Shown: positions 44,463 through 54,647 of the stretch, piece after piece
Layout: each line of letters opens with the position of its first letter
Position numbering within the stretch: the stretch's first letter is position 1
Source: Candidatus Woesearchaeota archaeon
Lineage (GTDB): Archaea > Nanobdellota > Nanobdellia > Woesearchaeales > UBA10216
DNA length: 64,000 nucleotides
Direction of reading: 5' to 3'
Assembly (NCBI GenBank): GCA_016180195.1
Contig: JACPBS010000004.1
Coordinates: 17,485 to 81,484, forward strand
Program-made: the position numbers and the translations under genes
The notes under the pieces: model-generated
Told to the model about the DNA's origin: nothing
The model's input: only the letters and a program-made list of their open reading frames with translations
Databases searched by the model: none

Positions 44463-45145
44463 CAAGGAAGGATCCTTTGAAGGTGGCCGCATTTGTCTCA
44501 GGTTCCGGGACAAACCTTAGGCGAATTATTGAGCTTCAGGAAAGCCTTGGTGGTCAAAGCCCTTTTGTGGTTGCTTTGGTGTTTACAGATACGAAGGACA
44601 TTGGAAGATGTAATGCGAAGGCAATCGCAGCCGAATACAACATTCCTTTTATAGAAAAGGATATTAAGGATTATTATGGAAAGCGTGGATATCCTGATAC
44701 AAAAAACATGGTGATACGTGAGGATTATGACAGGGAAACTGCATCTGTATTGAGAGTGCATGGCATTGATCTCATCGCGATGTGTGGCTATTTGAGCATA
44801 GTGACTAGCCACATTTATTCAGGCTTCGTTACCCTGAATATACATCCTGGTGACTTGACTAGGACTGATCAAAATGGGAAAAGAATATATGCTGGCTGTA
44901 TTGGCGTTAACTGCATCAGGAAGGCCATTGAGAATGGCGAAAGAGAGGTGAGGTCCACTGTCCATTTTGTTAATGGGGAGTTGGATGGAGGGGCTGTAAT
45001 TGCTCTTTCAGATCCTGTTTTGGTTTCAGGGGGCGACAGTGCATCCCTGTTGGAAGAACTGAAAAGGAAGGAATGGATTATTTATCCTGAAGTGATCAGG
45101 AGGTTGGCTGGTGGAGTGTTGAGGAAAAATGGCATTGGGGTCTGA
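44459..45145 (+). CDS. purN: Folate-dependent phosphoribosylglycinamide formyltransferase
   Basis: 228 aa. Has VAAFVSGSGTNL, NIHPGDL and catalytic His/Asp context. Confidence 0.8.
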   Translation: MTRKDPLKVAAFVSGSGTNLRRIIELQESLGGQSPFVVALVFTDTKDIGRCNAKAIAAEYNIPFIEKDIKDYYGKRGYPDTKNMVIREDYDRETASVLRVHGIDLIAMCGYLSIVTSHIYSGFVTLNIHPGDLTRTDQNGKRIYAGCIGVNCIRKAIENGEREVRSTVHFVNGELDGGAVIALSDPVLVSGGDSASLLEELKRKEWIIYPEVIRRLAGGVLRKNGIGV

Positions 45146-45704
45146 ATTCAAGAAAATAAAGAAGGATGGCTTGAGGCCTTATTTCCTTGATGTTAGGAAC
45201 AGGCTTGGGAAAGGGTTTGTTCATTCCAGGAGCTTGCAGGTCCAGAAGAGGTTTTCAGGCCTTGTGGAGTATAGCGAGGCAGATACCATAATGTTCTATT
45301 GTTCTACTGGTAATGAGGTTGAAACAAGGAAGGCTATTGGTGATGCGCTCAAGCTGAAAAAACGGGTTGTTCTCCCTGTTTGCGATATTTACATGAGGAT
45401 GATGAAGCCTGTCCAGTTTGGCAGGCTGAAAAAAGGGCCTCTCGGAATCCCTGAGCCTTCTGGCAAGGAGATTAACATCGATGAGATTGACATAGTGGTT
45501 GTTCCTGTTGTTTCCTTTGATGAGGAATGTGACCGTCTGGGGAGGGGTCTTGGCTATTATGATAATTTCCTGAGGGGGTTAAAGGCGGTTAAGGTCGGTT
45601 TTGCTTTCGATTGCCTTAAGACGGATAATGTTCCGAGGGAGGATCATGATATTCAGCTTGACAAGATAGTTACAGAATCCAGGGTTATTGTTGCAAAAAA
45701 ATGA
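45129..45704 (+). CDS. 5-formyltetrahydrofolate cyclo-ligase (MTHFS)
   Basis: 191 aa. 5-FTHF cyclo-ligase family blocks (VVLPV...GRLKKGPLGIPEP...VVVPVVSFDEECDRLGRGLGYYD). Confidence 0.7.
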   Translation: MALGSEFKKIKKDGLRPYFLDVRNRLGKGFVHSRSLQVQKRFSGLVEYSEADTIMFYCSTGNEVETRKAIGDALKLKKRVVLPVCDIYMRMMKPVQFGRLKKGPLGIPEPSGKEINIDEIDIVVVPVVSFDEECDRLGRGLGYYDNFLRGLKAVKVGFAFDCLKTDNVPREDHDIQLDKIVTESRVIVAKK

Positions 45705-46270
45705 GCGAGTCTTTAGATTTTGGAATAAGAGGTCTTCAAAAGCAAGTGTTCACTATCCTTTTTTTTTCATCCTTGGCTTTTATATTGGTTTTTTCGGTGC
45801 TCCACATCCTGTCTTTGACTAAGTATTTTTTTCTTGGTATTCTTTTGGCGGTTCATTCTGTTTCTTGCTATTTTTTGAAGGGACTTAAGAGAAATCATAT
45901 AGGCATTGAGCTAATAACCCTAATTACTGTTCTTGCCGGGGTTGCTTATGGTGCAAAGGCAGGTGCTGCATTCGGGGCGTTGTCAATAGCTGCTGATTAT
46001 GTTTTTTCAGGCAGGATTTCATATTTCAGCCTGGTGACAATACCTTCATATGCGCTTATAGGCGTCATTTCAAGCCTGTTAGCTTCAACAAGCTTGCCTG
46101 TTCTCGGTGTTTTGATGGCAGTCATTTACAATGTGGCAACTTCCATCATTATTTTCTGTTTTCTCGGCGGCGATCTTGACAAGTGCATCAGGTTTGGTGT
46201 TACGGCTGTTGCATTCAATTTTCTGATATTCAGCAGCTTTGCTGGCGCATTGCTGTCTTTGATGGTTTAA
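45701..46270 (+). CDS. Integral membrane protein, ECF-transporter S-component-like (candidate folate/C1-vitamin binding component)
   Basis: 189 aa with about 5-6 TM helices. Sits between MTHFS and glyA. Function inferred only from context. Confidence 0.35.
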   Translation: MSESLDFGIRGLQKQVFTILFFSSLAFILVFSVLHILSLTKYFFLGILLAVHSVSCYFLKGLKRNHIGIELITLITVLAGVAYGAKAGAAFGALSIAADYVFSGRISYFSLVTIPSYALIGVISSLLASTSLPVLGVLMAVIYNVATSIIIFCFLGGDLDKCIRFGVTAVAFNFLIFSSFAGALLSLMV

Positions 46271-46280
46271 AAAGTAAAGG

Positions 46281-47615
46281 GTGGGAAAAATGAGCAGAAA
46301 AGACAGGCTTAGGAAAGCTGATCCTGAGGTTTTCAATGCTATCAGGAGCGAGCTTAGGAGAAGAAAGGAGGGCCTTGAGCTTATTCCTTCTGAGAACATT
46401 ACAAGCAAGGCTGTTCTGGAGGCTTTGGGGTCTATATTGACTGACAAGTATTCGGAAGGTTACCCTGGAAGAAGGTATTATGGTGGTAATCAGTTCATTG
46501 ATGTTGTTGAGAATCTGGCTATTGAAAGGGCGAAAAAGGCGTTTGGCGTTCCTTACGCGAATGTCCAGCCGTATTCAGGAAGCCCGGCTAACATGGCAGT
46601 TTATTTTGGTGTCCTCAGTCCGGGGAATGTGGTGATGGGCCAGAATCTTCTGGACGGAGGCCACTTGACTCATGGCTGGAAAACAAATTTCTCGAGCCTG
46701 TTCTACAAGAGTATTCCTTATCATGTGAAAAAGGACGGCTATATTGACCTTGAGGAAGTGGAGAGGCTCGCGAAGGAAAATAAGCCCAAGCTTATTTGGT
46801 GCGGCGCAACATCTTATCCGAGGGAATTTCCTTTCGAGGCTTTGGGCAGGATCGCTGATGATGTTGGCGCTTATTTCGCATGTGATATTGCTCACATTGC
46901 CGGGCTCATCATTGGGGGGGCGCATAAAAGCCCTGTTCCGTTCGCTCATATCATTACAACCACGACTCACAAAACTTTGAGAGGTCCAAGGGGCGGTATA
47001 ATTATGGTGACTGAGAAGGGTTTAAAGAAGGACCCTGAACTTCCTAACAAGATAGATAAGGCAATTATACCTGGGTTGCAGGGTGGCCCTCATAATCATC
47101 AGACTGCGGCAATCGCTGTTGCCTTGGCTGAAACACTTAAGCCTGAGTTCAGGGATTATGCATCTCAGGTGGTTAAGAATGCAAGGGTGTTGGCCTATGA
47201 GCTTATGCAGAGGGGGCTCAAGCTGGTTTCAGATGGAACTGATAACCATATGATGCTTGTTGACCTGACTTCAGAGGGTCCGGGCACAGGGGTTTTCTTC
47301 CAGGAGGCTCTTGACATGGCGGGTATCACTGTGAACAAGAATACGATTCCCGCAGATCCTTCATCCCCCTTTTATCCGAGCGGGATCCGGCTTGGTTCTC
47401 CGACAGTTACAACCCAGGGCATGAAGGAGGATGAGATGAAGCTGATTGCCGGATTTATTGCAGAGGTATACTCAGAAGTGAAGAAATACAGGTTGCCTGA
47501 GGGTGACAAGAAGGAATACCTGGCGACGTTCAGGCAGGAAATCAGGAGAAACCGGACGCTGAAAAGGATAAGGAACGAGGTAAAATCTTTGGCCAAGAAA
47601 TTCGAGATCTATTGA
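46281..47615 (+). CDS. glyA: Serine hydroxymethyltransferase
   Basis: 444 aa. PLP-lysine motif [14 protein letters not shown]. Confidence 0.9.
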   Translation: MGKMSRKDRLRKADPEVFNAIRSELRRRKEGLELIPSENITSKAVLEALGSILTDKYSEGYPGRRYYGGNQFIDVVENLAIERAKKAFGVPYANVQPYSGSPANMAVYFGVLSPGNVVMGQNLLDGGHLTHGWKTNFSSLFYKSIPYHVKKDGYIDLEEVERLAKENKPKLIWCGATSYPREFPFEALGRIADDVGAYFACDIAHIAGLIIGGAHKSPVPFAHIITTTTHKTLRGPRGGIIMVTEKGLKKDPELPNKIDKAIIPGLQGGPHNHQTAAIAVALAETLKPEFRDYASQVVKNARVLAYELMQRGLKLVSDGTDNHMMLVDLTSEGPGTGVFFQEALDMAGITVNKNTIPADPSSPFYPSGIRLGSPTVTTQGMKEDEMKLIAGFIAEVYSEVKKYRLPEGDKKEYLATFRQEIRRNRTLKRIRNEVKSLAKKFEIY

Positions 47616-47616
47616 G

Positions 47617-48465
47617 ATGGCAACGATATTAGATGGGAAAAAAACTGCGGAAAAAATCAGGAATGGGCTTGCAGAAAGGATTAAAGGGGTGAAACCAGGG
47701 CTTGCGGTTGTTCTGGTCGGAAACGATCCTGCATCAGTTACTTATGTTGCATCAAAGGAAAAGGCTTGCTCGGAGATTGGCATTTTTTCTGAAATCCACA
47801 GGCTCCCCGAATCTGCAAAACAGCAGGAGTTGATAAGCCTGGTTAAAAAGCTTAGCTCCGAAAGCAGGATCCATGGCATTCTGGTCCAGCTTCCTCTGCC
47901 ACCAAATGTCGACAAGGATGAAGTCATAGAATCAATAGCTGTTGAAAAGGATGTTGATGGATTCACCCGGCTTAATATGGGAGGGCTTGCTTCTGGACGC
48001 AAATGCATTTTTCCCTGCACACCGAAAGGCATCATAAGGCTTCTTGATGAGTATGGCATTCCTATCGAGGGAAAAAATGTCGTTGTGATTGGAAGAGGGC
48101 AGTCTGTTGGAAAGCCACTTGCCCTGATGCTGATTAACAGGAGCGCTACCGTAACAGTTTGCCACAGCAAAACAAAAAATCTGGAAGATCATGCAAAGAA
48201 AGCGGACATTTTGATAGCAGCTGTTGGAAAACCCGATTTCATAACAGCGGATATGATTAAGGAAGGCGCTGTTGTAATCGATGTCGGAATAAACAGGATT
48301 AACGGAAGGCTTTGCGGCGATGTTGATTTCGAATCAGTTAAGAAAAAGGCTGGCTTCATAACCCCTGTCCCGGGAGGAGTTGGCCCGATGACTGTTGCCA
48401 TGCTTCTTGAGAACACCGTTGAATGCTTTGAAAGATCAGAACATTCCAAAACCAATAAAAACTAG
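47617..48465 (+). CDS. folD: Bifunctional methylene-THF dehydrogenase/methenyl-THF cyclohydrolase
   Basis: 282 aa. Conserved YVASKEKAC and GVGPMTVAML. Confidence 0.9.
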   Translation: MATILDGKKTAEKIRNGLAERIKGVKPGLAVVLVGNDPASVTYVASKEKACSEIGIFSEIHRLPESAKQQELISLVKKLSSESRIHGILVQLPLPPNVDKDEVIESIAVEKDVDGFTRLNMGGLASGRKCIFPCTPKGIIRLLDEYGIPIEGKNVVVIGRGQSVGKPLALMLINRSATVTVCHSKTKNLEDHAKKADILIAAVGKPDFITADMIKEGAVVIDVGINRINGRLCGDVDFESVKKKAGFITPVPGGVGPMTVAMLLENTVECFERSEHSKTNKN

Positions 48466-48482
48466 CCGGTAAAGCCAGAATC

Positions 48483-49511
48483 ATGGCAACCTATAAGGAC
48501 TCGGGTGTTGATATCGACGCTGCTGATTCTGCAAAGGAACTCATCAAAGGGTATGTCAGATCAACCTTCACAAAGGATTCCATAAACAATGCAGGTTTCT
48601 TCTGCGGCGGCATTAAGCTTGATCTTGGCGGTTATAATGATCCTGTTCTTATGGCCAGCACTGATGGCGTCGGGACGAAGATGATGATTGCAAGGATGAT
48701 GAACAGGTTCGATACAGTTGGTTTCGATCTTGTAAATCATTCCGCAAATGACCTGATTACTTCCGGGGCAAAGCCCCTGATCTTTCTTGATTACATAGCT
48801 TCTGAAATGGTTGACCCGAAAATCGCATCAGAATTGGTTAAAGGTGTTGCTGCGGCCTGCAAAAAGCTCGGGATGGTTTTGGTTGGGGGTGAAACCGCCC
48901 AGATGCCCGGCGTTTATGTCAAAGGCGAGACTGATCTTGCAGGAACGATAGTTGGAATTGTTGAAAAATCCGGGATTATAGATGGCAGCAGCATAAAGGA
49001 GGGTGATTCTCTTGTAGGGATTGCCTCAAATGGCTTGCATACCAACGGGTATTCGCTTGCCAGAAAGATATTGTTTGATCATTGCGGTTTTGGTGTTAAT
49101 GATTATTTTGCCGAACTTGGAGGAAGTTTGGGTGATGTTTTGCTTGAGCCCCATCGCGACTACGTGAGCACTATTTTTGAATTGAGTGCCGTGGTAAAAA
49201 TCAAGGGCATTGCTCACATAACGGGCGGGGGCATCACCGATAACCTTCCAAGGATTCTTCCAAAAGGCCTCGGGGCTGTGATAAGTACAAACAGCTGGGT
49301 GGTTCCTCATGTTTTCAGATTTCTCCAGGAAAAGGGGGATGTTCATTTTGACGATATGTTCCGCACTTTTAACATGGGGATTGGCATTATTGTGGTTGTG
49401 GACAAATCCGATGTTCCTGTAATCGTTGACAGGTTGAAAAGGATGGGGGAAAAATCATGCATAATGGGCTCAGTGGTCAGGGGAAAGGGTGTGAGCTATG
49501 TTGAGGGTTGA
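48483..49511 (+). CDS. purM: Phosphoribosylformylglycinamidine cyclo-ligase (AIR synthetase)
   Basis: 342 aa. Conserved DGVGTK and GGETA blocks. Confidence 0.9.
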   Translation: MATYKDSGVDIDAADSAKELIKGYVRSTFTKDSINNAGFFCGGIKLDLGGYNDPVLMASTDGVGTKMMIARMMNRFDTVGFDLVNHSANDLITSGAKPLIFLDYIASEMVDPKIASELVKGVAAACKKLGMVLVGGETAQMPGVYVKGETDLAGTIVGIVEKSGIIDGSSIKEGDSLVGIASNGLHTNGYSLARKILFDHCGFGVNDYFAELGGSLGDVLLEPHRDYVSTIFELSAVVKIKGIAHITGGGITDNLPRILPKGLGAVISTNSWVVPHVFRFLQEKGDVHFDDMFRTFNMGIGIIVVVDKSDVPVIVDRLKRMGEKSCIMGSVVRGKGVSYVEG

Positions 49512-52320
49512 AATCTATCCTAAGGGAAGGGATTTCCGCGGTGATGCGTTGAAAAAATCTCTTTATGAAGATTTAGGGATAGATTGCAGCTGCGTGGCCG
49601 TTGCCGATGTTTACAGCATTGACGGGATTAATGATAGTGAGAAAGTCGTTGCTGAGCTTTTTTCTGATCCGCTGGTTAATGAGTGTTTTGATGGAAACAG
49701 GAGTTTTAGCTCATCCTGGATAATCGAAGTCGCGTATAAGAAGGGAGTCCAGGACCCTTCAGAGCTTAGTGCTCTTCGGGCGCTGCAGGATATCGGGGAA
49801 ATGCCTTCTTCAGTCAAGGCATCTAAAAAGACAATAATTGCGGGAGTTTCCGAAGCTGAAGCAAAAAGAATTGCGTTGTTCATCGCTAATCCTGTGATCC
49901 AGGAATATAAGCTCGGATTTGAAAAGGTTTCTTTGGTCGATAAGCCATACGTTTTTTCCGAAAGCCAGATCTCGATTGTTGAGATAATTGGAAGGAATGA
50001 TTCGGATCTGGTTGAGATCAGCAGGAAAGGTCTTCTCTCGCTGAACATTGAGGAAATGAGGGCGATACGGGATTATTTTTTAGGGCTTGGGAGGAATCCG
50101 ACTGATGGCGAGATCGAGACGATTGCGCAGACCTGGAGCGAGCACTGCAAGCACAAGACTTTCAGTTCAATAATAGATTACTCCGAAAATGGAAGGACTG
50201 TTGTCATTGACGGCCTGTTCAGCAGCACCATTGTAGCCGCAACCAAAAAGATCAGGAAAGATTGGCTTGTTTCTGTTTTCAAGGATAATGCCGGCATCAT
50301 CAAGTTTGATGAGAACAATAATCTGGCTTTCAAGGTAGAGACTCATAACCATCCTTCTGCACTCGACCCTTATGGTGGGGCTGGAACTGGTATCGGGGGA
50401 GTTATCAGGGATATTCTTGGAGCCGGCCTTGGGGCGAATCCGATCTTCAACACCGATGTTTTTTGTTTTGCCAGCCCGGATTATTCTGGGGAAATCCCGG
50501 GGAAGATTCTGGCGCCTAAAAGGATAATGAAAGGTGTTGTCTCTGGTGTCAGGGATTATGGCAACAGGATGGGAATACCCACGATCAACGGCTCCATCAT
50601 CTTCAATGATGATTTTCTCGGTGCACCTCTTGTTTTCTGCGGGACCTGCGGCTTGATTCCTTCAGGACTGGAGAAGAAGCGGGCATCCCCTGGGGAACTT
50701 ATTGTCGTTGTCGGGGGAAGGACTGGGAGGGACGGCATTCACGGTGCTACTTTCAGTTCCGCTGTTCTTGACGAGTCTTCTCCTGCAAGCGCTGTGCAGA
50801 TCGGGAATGCTATTGAGGAGAAGTGCACGATGGATGCTCTTTTGCGTGCAAGGGATAGAGGGCTTTATAGTTGCGTAACAGACTGTGGGGGAGGCGGGTT
50901 TAGCTCTGCAATTGGTGAGATGGCTGCCGGGTGCGGTGCTGTTGTTTATCTTGAGAAAGCTCCCTTGAAATATGAAGGCATGTCTCCATGGGAAATATGG
51001 ATTTCCGAGTCGCAGGAGAGGATGATCATTTCTATTCCAAAGAGGAATCTTGATAAATTCCTGGCTGTTTGCAGGGTCGAGGAAGTAGATGCTTTTGTGA
51101 TAGGTGAATTAAATGACACGGGGAAGCTAGTGGTTAAATATAACGGAAAAAATCTTGTTGACCTTGACATGGATTTCTTGCACAACGGATTGCCGAGAAG
51201 AAGAAGGATTGCGTCGTGGAAAGCCCCGGTATTGTCCGAGCCTGAACTCCCTGAAAAAGGTGATTATTCTGATGTTCTTATTAAGCTCATTTCTCATCCC
51301 ACAATAGCGAGCAAAGAATGGGTTATTAGGCAGTATGATCATGAAGTGCAGGCTTCGACTGTAATCAAGCCTCTTGTTGGGGCTTTTAATGACGGCCCGG
51401 GTGACGCTTCTGTTGTCAAGCCGCTATCCAGCTCGATCAGGGGCGTTGTTGTTGCACACGGCATAAATCCTCTTTTCAGCATGATTGATCCTTATTGGAT
51501 GGCGGCCTCGGCTATTGATGAAGCTATGAGGAACATAGTTTCGGTGGGAGGCAACCCAGGCCATACTGCAATTCTCGACAATTTCTGCTGGGGAAGCGTG
51601 AATGATGAAAGCCTTGGGAGGCTTGTTAGGGCTTCAAAGGCATGTCATGATTTCTCGATTATGTTCGATATTCCTTTTATTTCAGGAAAGGACAGCCTGC
51701 ATAACGAGTTCGTTATCGGAGACCGGAAGATAAGCATTCCTGACACCCTTCTTATTTCTGCAATCTCTGTCATTGGTGATGTGGGAAGATGTGTTACCAT
51801 GGATGCAAAGAAAGCAGGAAATAGTGTTTACATTGTCAGCAGGACTTATGATGAGCTTGGAGGCAGCTATTATTACGGGCTTTACGGTGAGACAGGGAAA
51901 AATGTCCCTATTGTAAGGGAAAATGCAAGGATTGCCTTTGAAAGGATTCATTCTGCGATCTCCGGCGGTCTTGTAAGGAGTTGTCACGACTGTTCTGAAG
52001 GAGGGATTGCTGTTTCTGCTGCTGAAATGGCTTTCTCAGGGAATCTGGGAATGAGTATTTCCCTGGATAAGGTTCCGTTTGAAGGCAAGTCAAGGGACGA
52101 CAAGGTTCTTTTCTCCGAATCTAATAGCCGTTTTATTGTTGAGGTCGAAAAAGGCATGGAGGAAAAATTCGAGTCTGCAATGGAAGGTGTGGAGGTGGCT
52201 AGGATAGGGGAAATTACTGCTGGCCGCGATTTTATTGTTCACGGTTTGGATGGAAAAATAGTGGTTAACGCAGCCATTTCAAGCCTTAAGAATTCATGGC
52301 AGGGTACGTTCAGATGGTGA
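49498..52320 (+). CDS. purL: FGAM synthase II (PurL) with N-terminal PurS-like module(s) fused
   Basis: 940 aa. Residues 1-75 are PurS-like (MLRVEIYPKGR...DPLVNE), with a second PurS-like segment ending ANPVIQEYKL. The rest is small-type PurL. Confidence 0.85.
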   Translation: MLRVEIYPKGRDFRGDALKKSLYEDLGIDCSCVAVADVYSIDGINDSEKVVAELFSDPLVNECFDGNRSFSSSWIIEVAYKKGVQDPSELSALRALQDIGEMPSSVKASKKTIIAGVSEAEAKRIALFIANPVIQEYKLGFEKVSLVDKPYVFSESQISIVEIIGRNDSDLVEISRKGLLSLNIEEMRAIRDYFLGLGRNPTDGEIETIAQTWSEHCKHKTFSSIIDYSENGRTVVIDGLFSSTIVAATKKIRKDWLVSVFKDNAGIIKFDENNNLAFKVETHNHPSALDPYGGAGTGIGGVIRDILGAGLGANPIFNTDVFCFASPDYSGEIPGKILAPKRIMKGVVSGVRDYGNRMGIPTINGSIIFNDDFLGAPLVFCGTCGLIPSGLEKKRASPGELIVVVGGRTGRDGIHGATFSSAVLDESSPASAVQIGNAIEEKCTMDALLRARDRGLYSCVTDCGGGGFSSAIGEMAAGCGAVVYLEKAPLKYEGMSPWEIWISESQERMIISIPKRNLDKFLAVCRVEEVDAFVIGELNDTGKLVVKYNGKNLVDLDMDFLHNGLPRRRRIASWKAPVLSEPELPEKGDYSDVLIKLISHPTIASKEWVIRQYDHEVQASTVIKPLVGAFNDGPGDASVVKPLSSSIRGVVVAHGINPLFSMIDPYWMAASAIDEAMRNIVSVGGNPGHTAILDNFCWGSVNDESLGRLVRASKACHDFSIMFDIPFISGKDSLHNEFVIGDRKISIPDTLLISAISVIGDVGRCVTMDAKKAGNSVYIVSRTYDELGGSYYYGLYGETGKNVPIVRENARIAFERIHSAISGGLVRSCHDCSEGGIAVSAAEMAFSGNLGMSISLDKVPFEGKSRDDKVLFSESNSRFIVEVEKGMEEKFESAMEGVEVARIGEITAGRDFIVHGLDGKIVVNAAISSLKNSWQGTFRW

Positions 52321-53075
52321 ATGCAATTGTATTGAGGGGTTTCGGAATTAACTGCAACAATGAGACTGAATGCGCATTAAAGCTTGCCGGCGCAAATACT
52401 GCACAGGTGCATGTAAATGAGCTTATTGGAGGAGAAAAGCAGCTTTCAGAATTCCAGATCCTTGTTATTCCAGGAGGTTTTAGCCATGGCGATGATTTGG
52501 GTGCAGGAAGGATACTTGCGAACCAGATTAGGCATTCGCTAAAATCGGAAATGCAGGATTTCATAGCCAGAGGCAATCTTGTTGTGGGCATTTGCAATGG
52601 CTTTCAGGTTTTGGTAAAAACAGGCTTCTTGCCAGGGAACTGCAACGCAACCCTTGCGAACAATGACTCGGGCCGATTTGAGGACAGATGGGTAACAGTA
52701 AAGTCTTCTTCGGATAACTTATTCACTAAGGGAATCAAGAGCATGTACATTCCTGTTAATCATGGTGAGGGAAAGTTTGTTGCTGGCGAGGAAGGCTTAA
52801 GGCTGCTGGAAAAAAATGATCAGGTGGCGTTCAGATATTGCGACGAACTGTTAAATGAATCATCCTGTTATCCAATAAACCCAAATGGCTCCCTTCTGAA
52901 TATAGCTGCCATTACAAGCAAAGAGGGGAATGTTTTGGGTATAATGCCTCACCCGGAGAAATTTATTTCGCGGCTTCAGCATCCTAGGTGGACTCGCGAA
53001 AGCCTTCCTGATGAGGGTGACGGCCTGGCTTTGTTCAGGAACATGGTTGAGTATGCTGAGAAAAAGCTTTTCTAG
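52314..53075 (+). CDS. purQ: FGAM synthase I (glutaminase subunit PurQ)
   Basis: ATG 52314 gives MVNAIVLRGFGINC. GATase catalytic GICNGFQVL and C-terminal HPE. Confidence 0.85.
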   Translation: MVNAIVLRGFGINCNNETECALKLAGANTAQVHVNELIGGEKQLSEFQILVIPGGFSHGDDLGAGRILANQIRHSLKSEMQDFIARGNLVVGICNGFQVLVKTGFLPGNCNATLANNDSGRFEDRWVTVKSSSDNLFTKGIKSMYIPVNHGEGKFVAGEEGLRLLEKNDQVAFRYCDELLNESSCYPINPNGSLLNIAAITSKEGNVLGIMPHPEKFISRLQHPRWTRESLPDEGDGLALFRNMVEYAEKKLF

Positions 53076-53348
53076 AGCTTTCGGAAAAGTTATAGAAAAA
53101 AATATAAATAATTATTAATTCCCTGTATAAAATGTACTTGACGGCCTGATTATAACGTAAGATATTACGGTCCTTGGGGGGTTCCTACTCGTGGAAGAAA
53201 GGGAGGGCCTAGCCTTGCTGAAAGGATAGTTTCCAATCCCGGATACGCGATAGGAGAGCATTTATCCACTTTGGAAGGCCAGAGTTCTTGTTGTGGCGGC
53301 GGAAAAGCATATAATACATTGGAGAATGCTATTGAAATTGCTAGAAGG

Positions 53349-53412
53349 GCTCCTTTCAAGGATTATAGAAATCGCAGTAACTAATTTTATTGCTCAAGTG
53401 GGTTTAATGCCC
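53349..53412 (+). repeat. 64-bp direct repeat, copy 1 (9 nt beyond HEPN stop)
   Basis: gctcctttcaaggattatagaaatcgcagtaactaattttattgctcaagtgggtttaatgccc. 63/64 identical to 54584-54647. Confidence 0.9.
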
Positions 53413-53421
53413 TGTCATAAT

Positions 53422-53928
53422 CTAATGATTTGATTGCATCAGCTCTTCTGCCTTATTGATGAAGTCCAAAACCTTGTTTTCGTATTCTTCTATTGTTTCA
53501 TTGTTGAATTTTATCGTTGTTGCATAGCTTGCATCATGCCTGTCATCTTTAAGCTGTGTGTAGAGCTCAGCATCTTCCTTGCTTATGGAAAGCTCGTTTA
53601 GCAGCTTTGCCTCTTCTCTTGTTATCGCATACTCTTTGATGAGTAGGAGTATTGTCGCATAGTGGTTCTTTGATGTGTACTTTTTTCTTGTTATCAAAGC
53701 CAATGCAGAATGGTACAGTGAGTAGTACAATGTTACGACAAGCCAGTCATTGAACTTGTGCTGCTCTTTGTTGAGCTTATAGAACTCCATGTTATGCCTT
53801 GCTTTTTTCAGGTGTGATTGGGCTAGCTCAGGGTTGCTTCCTATTTTCCTTATGTGCTTTTTTTCCGTGAAAAAGACAATTTCCTGCTCAAGGAATTTCT
53901 TGTCGGAGAACAGCTTATTGATATCCAT
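53422..53928 (-). CDS. HEPN-domain protein (toxin-like partner of MNT)
   Basis: Likely start at the internal ATG at 53928 (MDINKLFSDKK...). The ORF track extends to 54003. HEPN-type R-x4-H motif context (KKARHNMEFY). Confidence 0.6.
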   Translation of the reverse strand: MDINKLFSDKKFLEQEIVFFTEKKHIRKIGSNPELAQSHLKKARHNMEFYKLNKEQHKFNDWLVVTLYYSLYHSALALITRKKYTSKNHYATILLLIKEYAITREEAKLLNELSISKEDAELYTQLKDDRHDASYATTIKFNNETIEEYENKVLDFINKAEELMQSNH

Positions 53929-54490
53929 CCAATTGTACCTCGTAAAAGCTTTGTTCTTTATGGATTGGAAATCCTGTCTTTCTTGCCTGAATGATGATGT
54001 CATCTTTATTATCCTTGAATTGGGATATTGTTGCGTTGAAAAGTGATAAAGGATGCTTCGAGGTTATTTCGGCCTCTTTCTTATTTATCGACAAGTCTGG
54101 CTTTTTTCCTGATACGACAAGAATGTCAATGTCGCTTTCATTTGTTTCCTCTTTTCTTGAAGCAGAGCCGAAGAGGATTATGGTGAAGATGTTTTCAGGG
54201 ATATTCTTCAGGAAGTTTTTGAGCGGTACTTTTACGTTTGGGCTCAGGCTGTTGAATTTTCGCATTGCTATCTCGGAGAATTTGAGGGCAAAGAGTTTTT
54301 TGTCCTTTATCTTATAGAAGGTGTTTGCCTTGGTCTTTTCTTCATCCAGGACGTTTGCTTTGGTGAGCTTTTCCAGGGCGTTTTGCAGGGAGCTATGGGA
54401 GAGTATTGTGTGCTCCTTGATCTGGTTGTAATAGAGCTTAGGCTGCTTTAGCTCAAAAAATGCCTCGTATATCTTCTCTTCTGCGTTCAT
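53915..54490 (-). CDS. MNT-type nucleotidyltransferase with N-terminal winged-helix domain
   Basis: 191 aa. Nucleotidyltransferase motifs ILFGSASRKEETNESDIDILVV. Confidence 0.75.
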   Translation of the reverse strand: MNAEEKIYEAFFELKQPKLYYNQIKEHTILSHSSLQNALEKLTKANVLDEEKTKANTFYKIKDKKLFALKFSEIAMRKFNSLSPNVKVPLKNFLKNIPENIFTIILFGSASRKEETNESDIDILVVSGKKPDLSINKKEAEITSKHPLSLFNATISQFKDNKDDIIIQARKTGFPIHKEQSFYEVQLDGYQ

Positions 54491-54583
54491 TTTGTGATTG
54501 TAAGCGATTGATATTTAAATGCTTTACCAATTTTTGGTATAAGTTTACCATATTTTGGTATTGATTCATGTTTTGCCTGAAGT

Positions 54584-54647
54584 GCTCCTTTCAAGGATTA
54601 TAGAAATCGCAGTAACTAATTTTATTGCTCAAATGGGTTTAATGCCC
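54584..54647 (+). repeat. 64-bp direct repeat, copy 2 (93 nt upstream of MNT start; overlaps the last codons of ORF 54629..55141)
   Basis: gctcctttcaaggattatagaaatcgcagtaactaattttattgctcaaatgggtttaatgccc. Confidence 0.9.

Noticed and set aside
53100-53348. Gene-free 250 bp between purQ and the 64-bp repeat, examined for an ncRNA (SRP RNA, RNase P RNA, tRNA) and the ORF 53165..53359
   Set aside because: No tRNA cloverleaf or recognisable conserved ncRNA motif could be identified by eye. The 64-aa ORF is Pro/Gly-rich with no features. It is left unannotated. A covariance-model scan would be needed.
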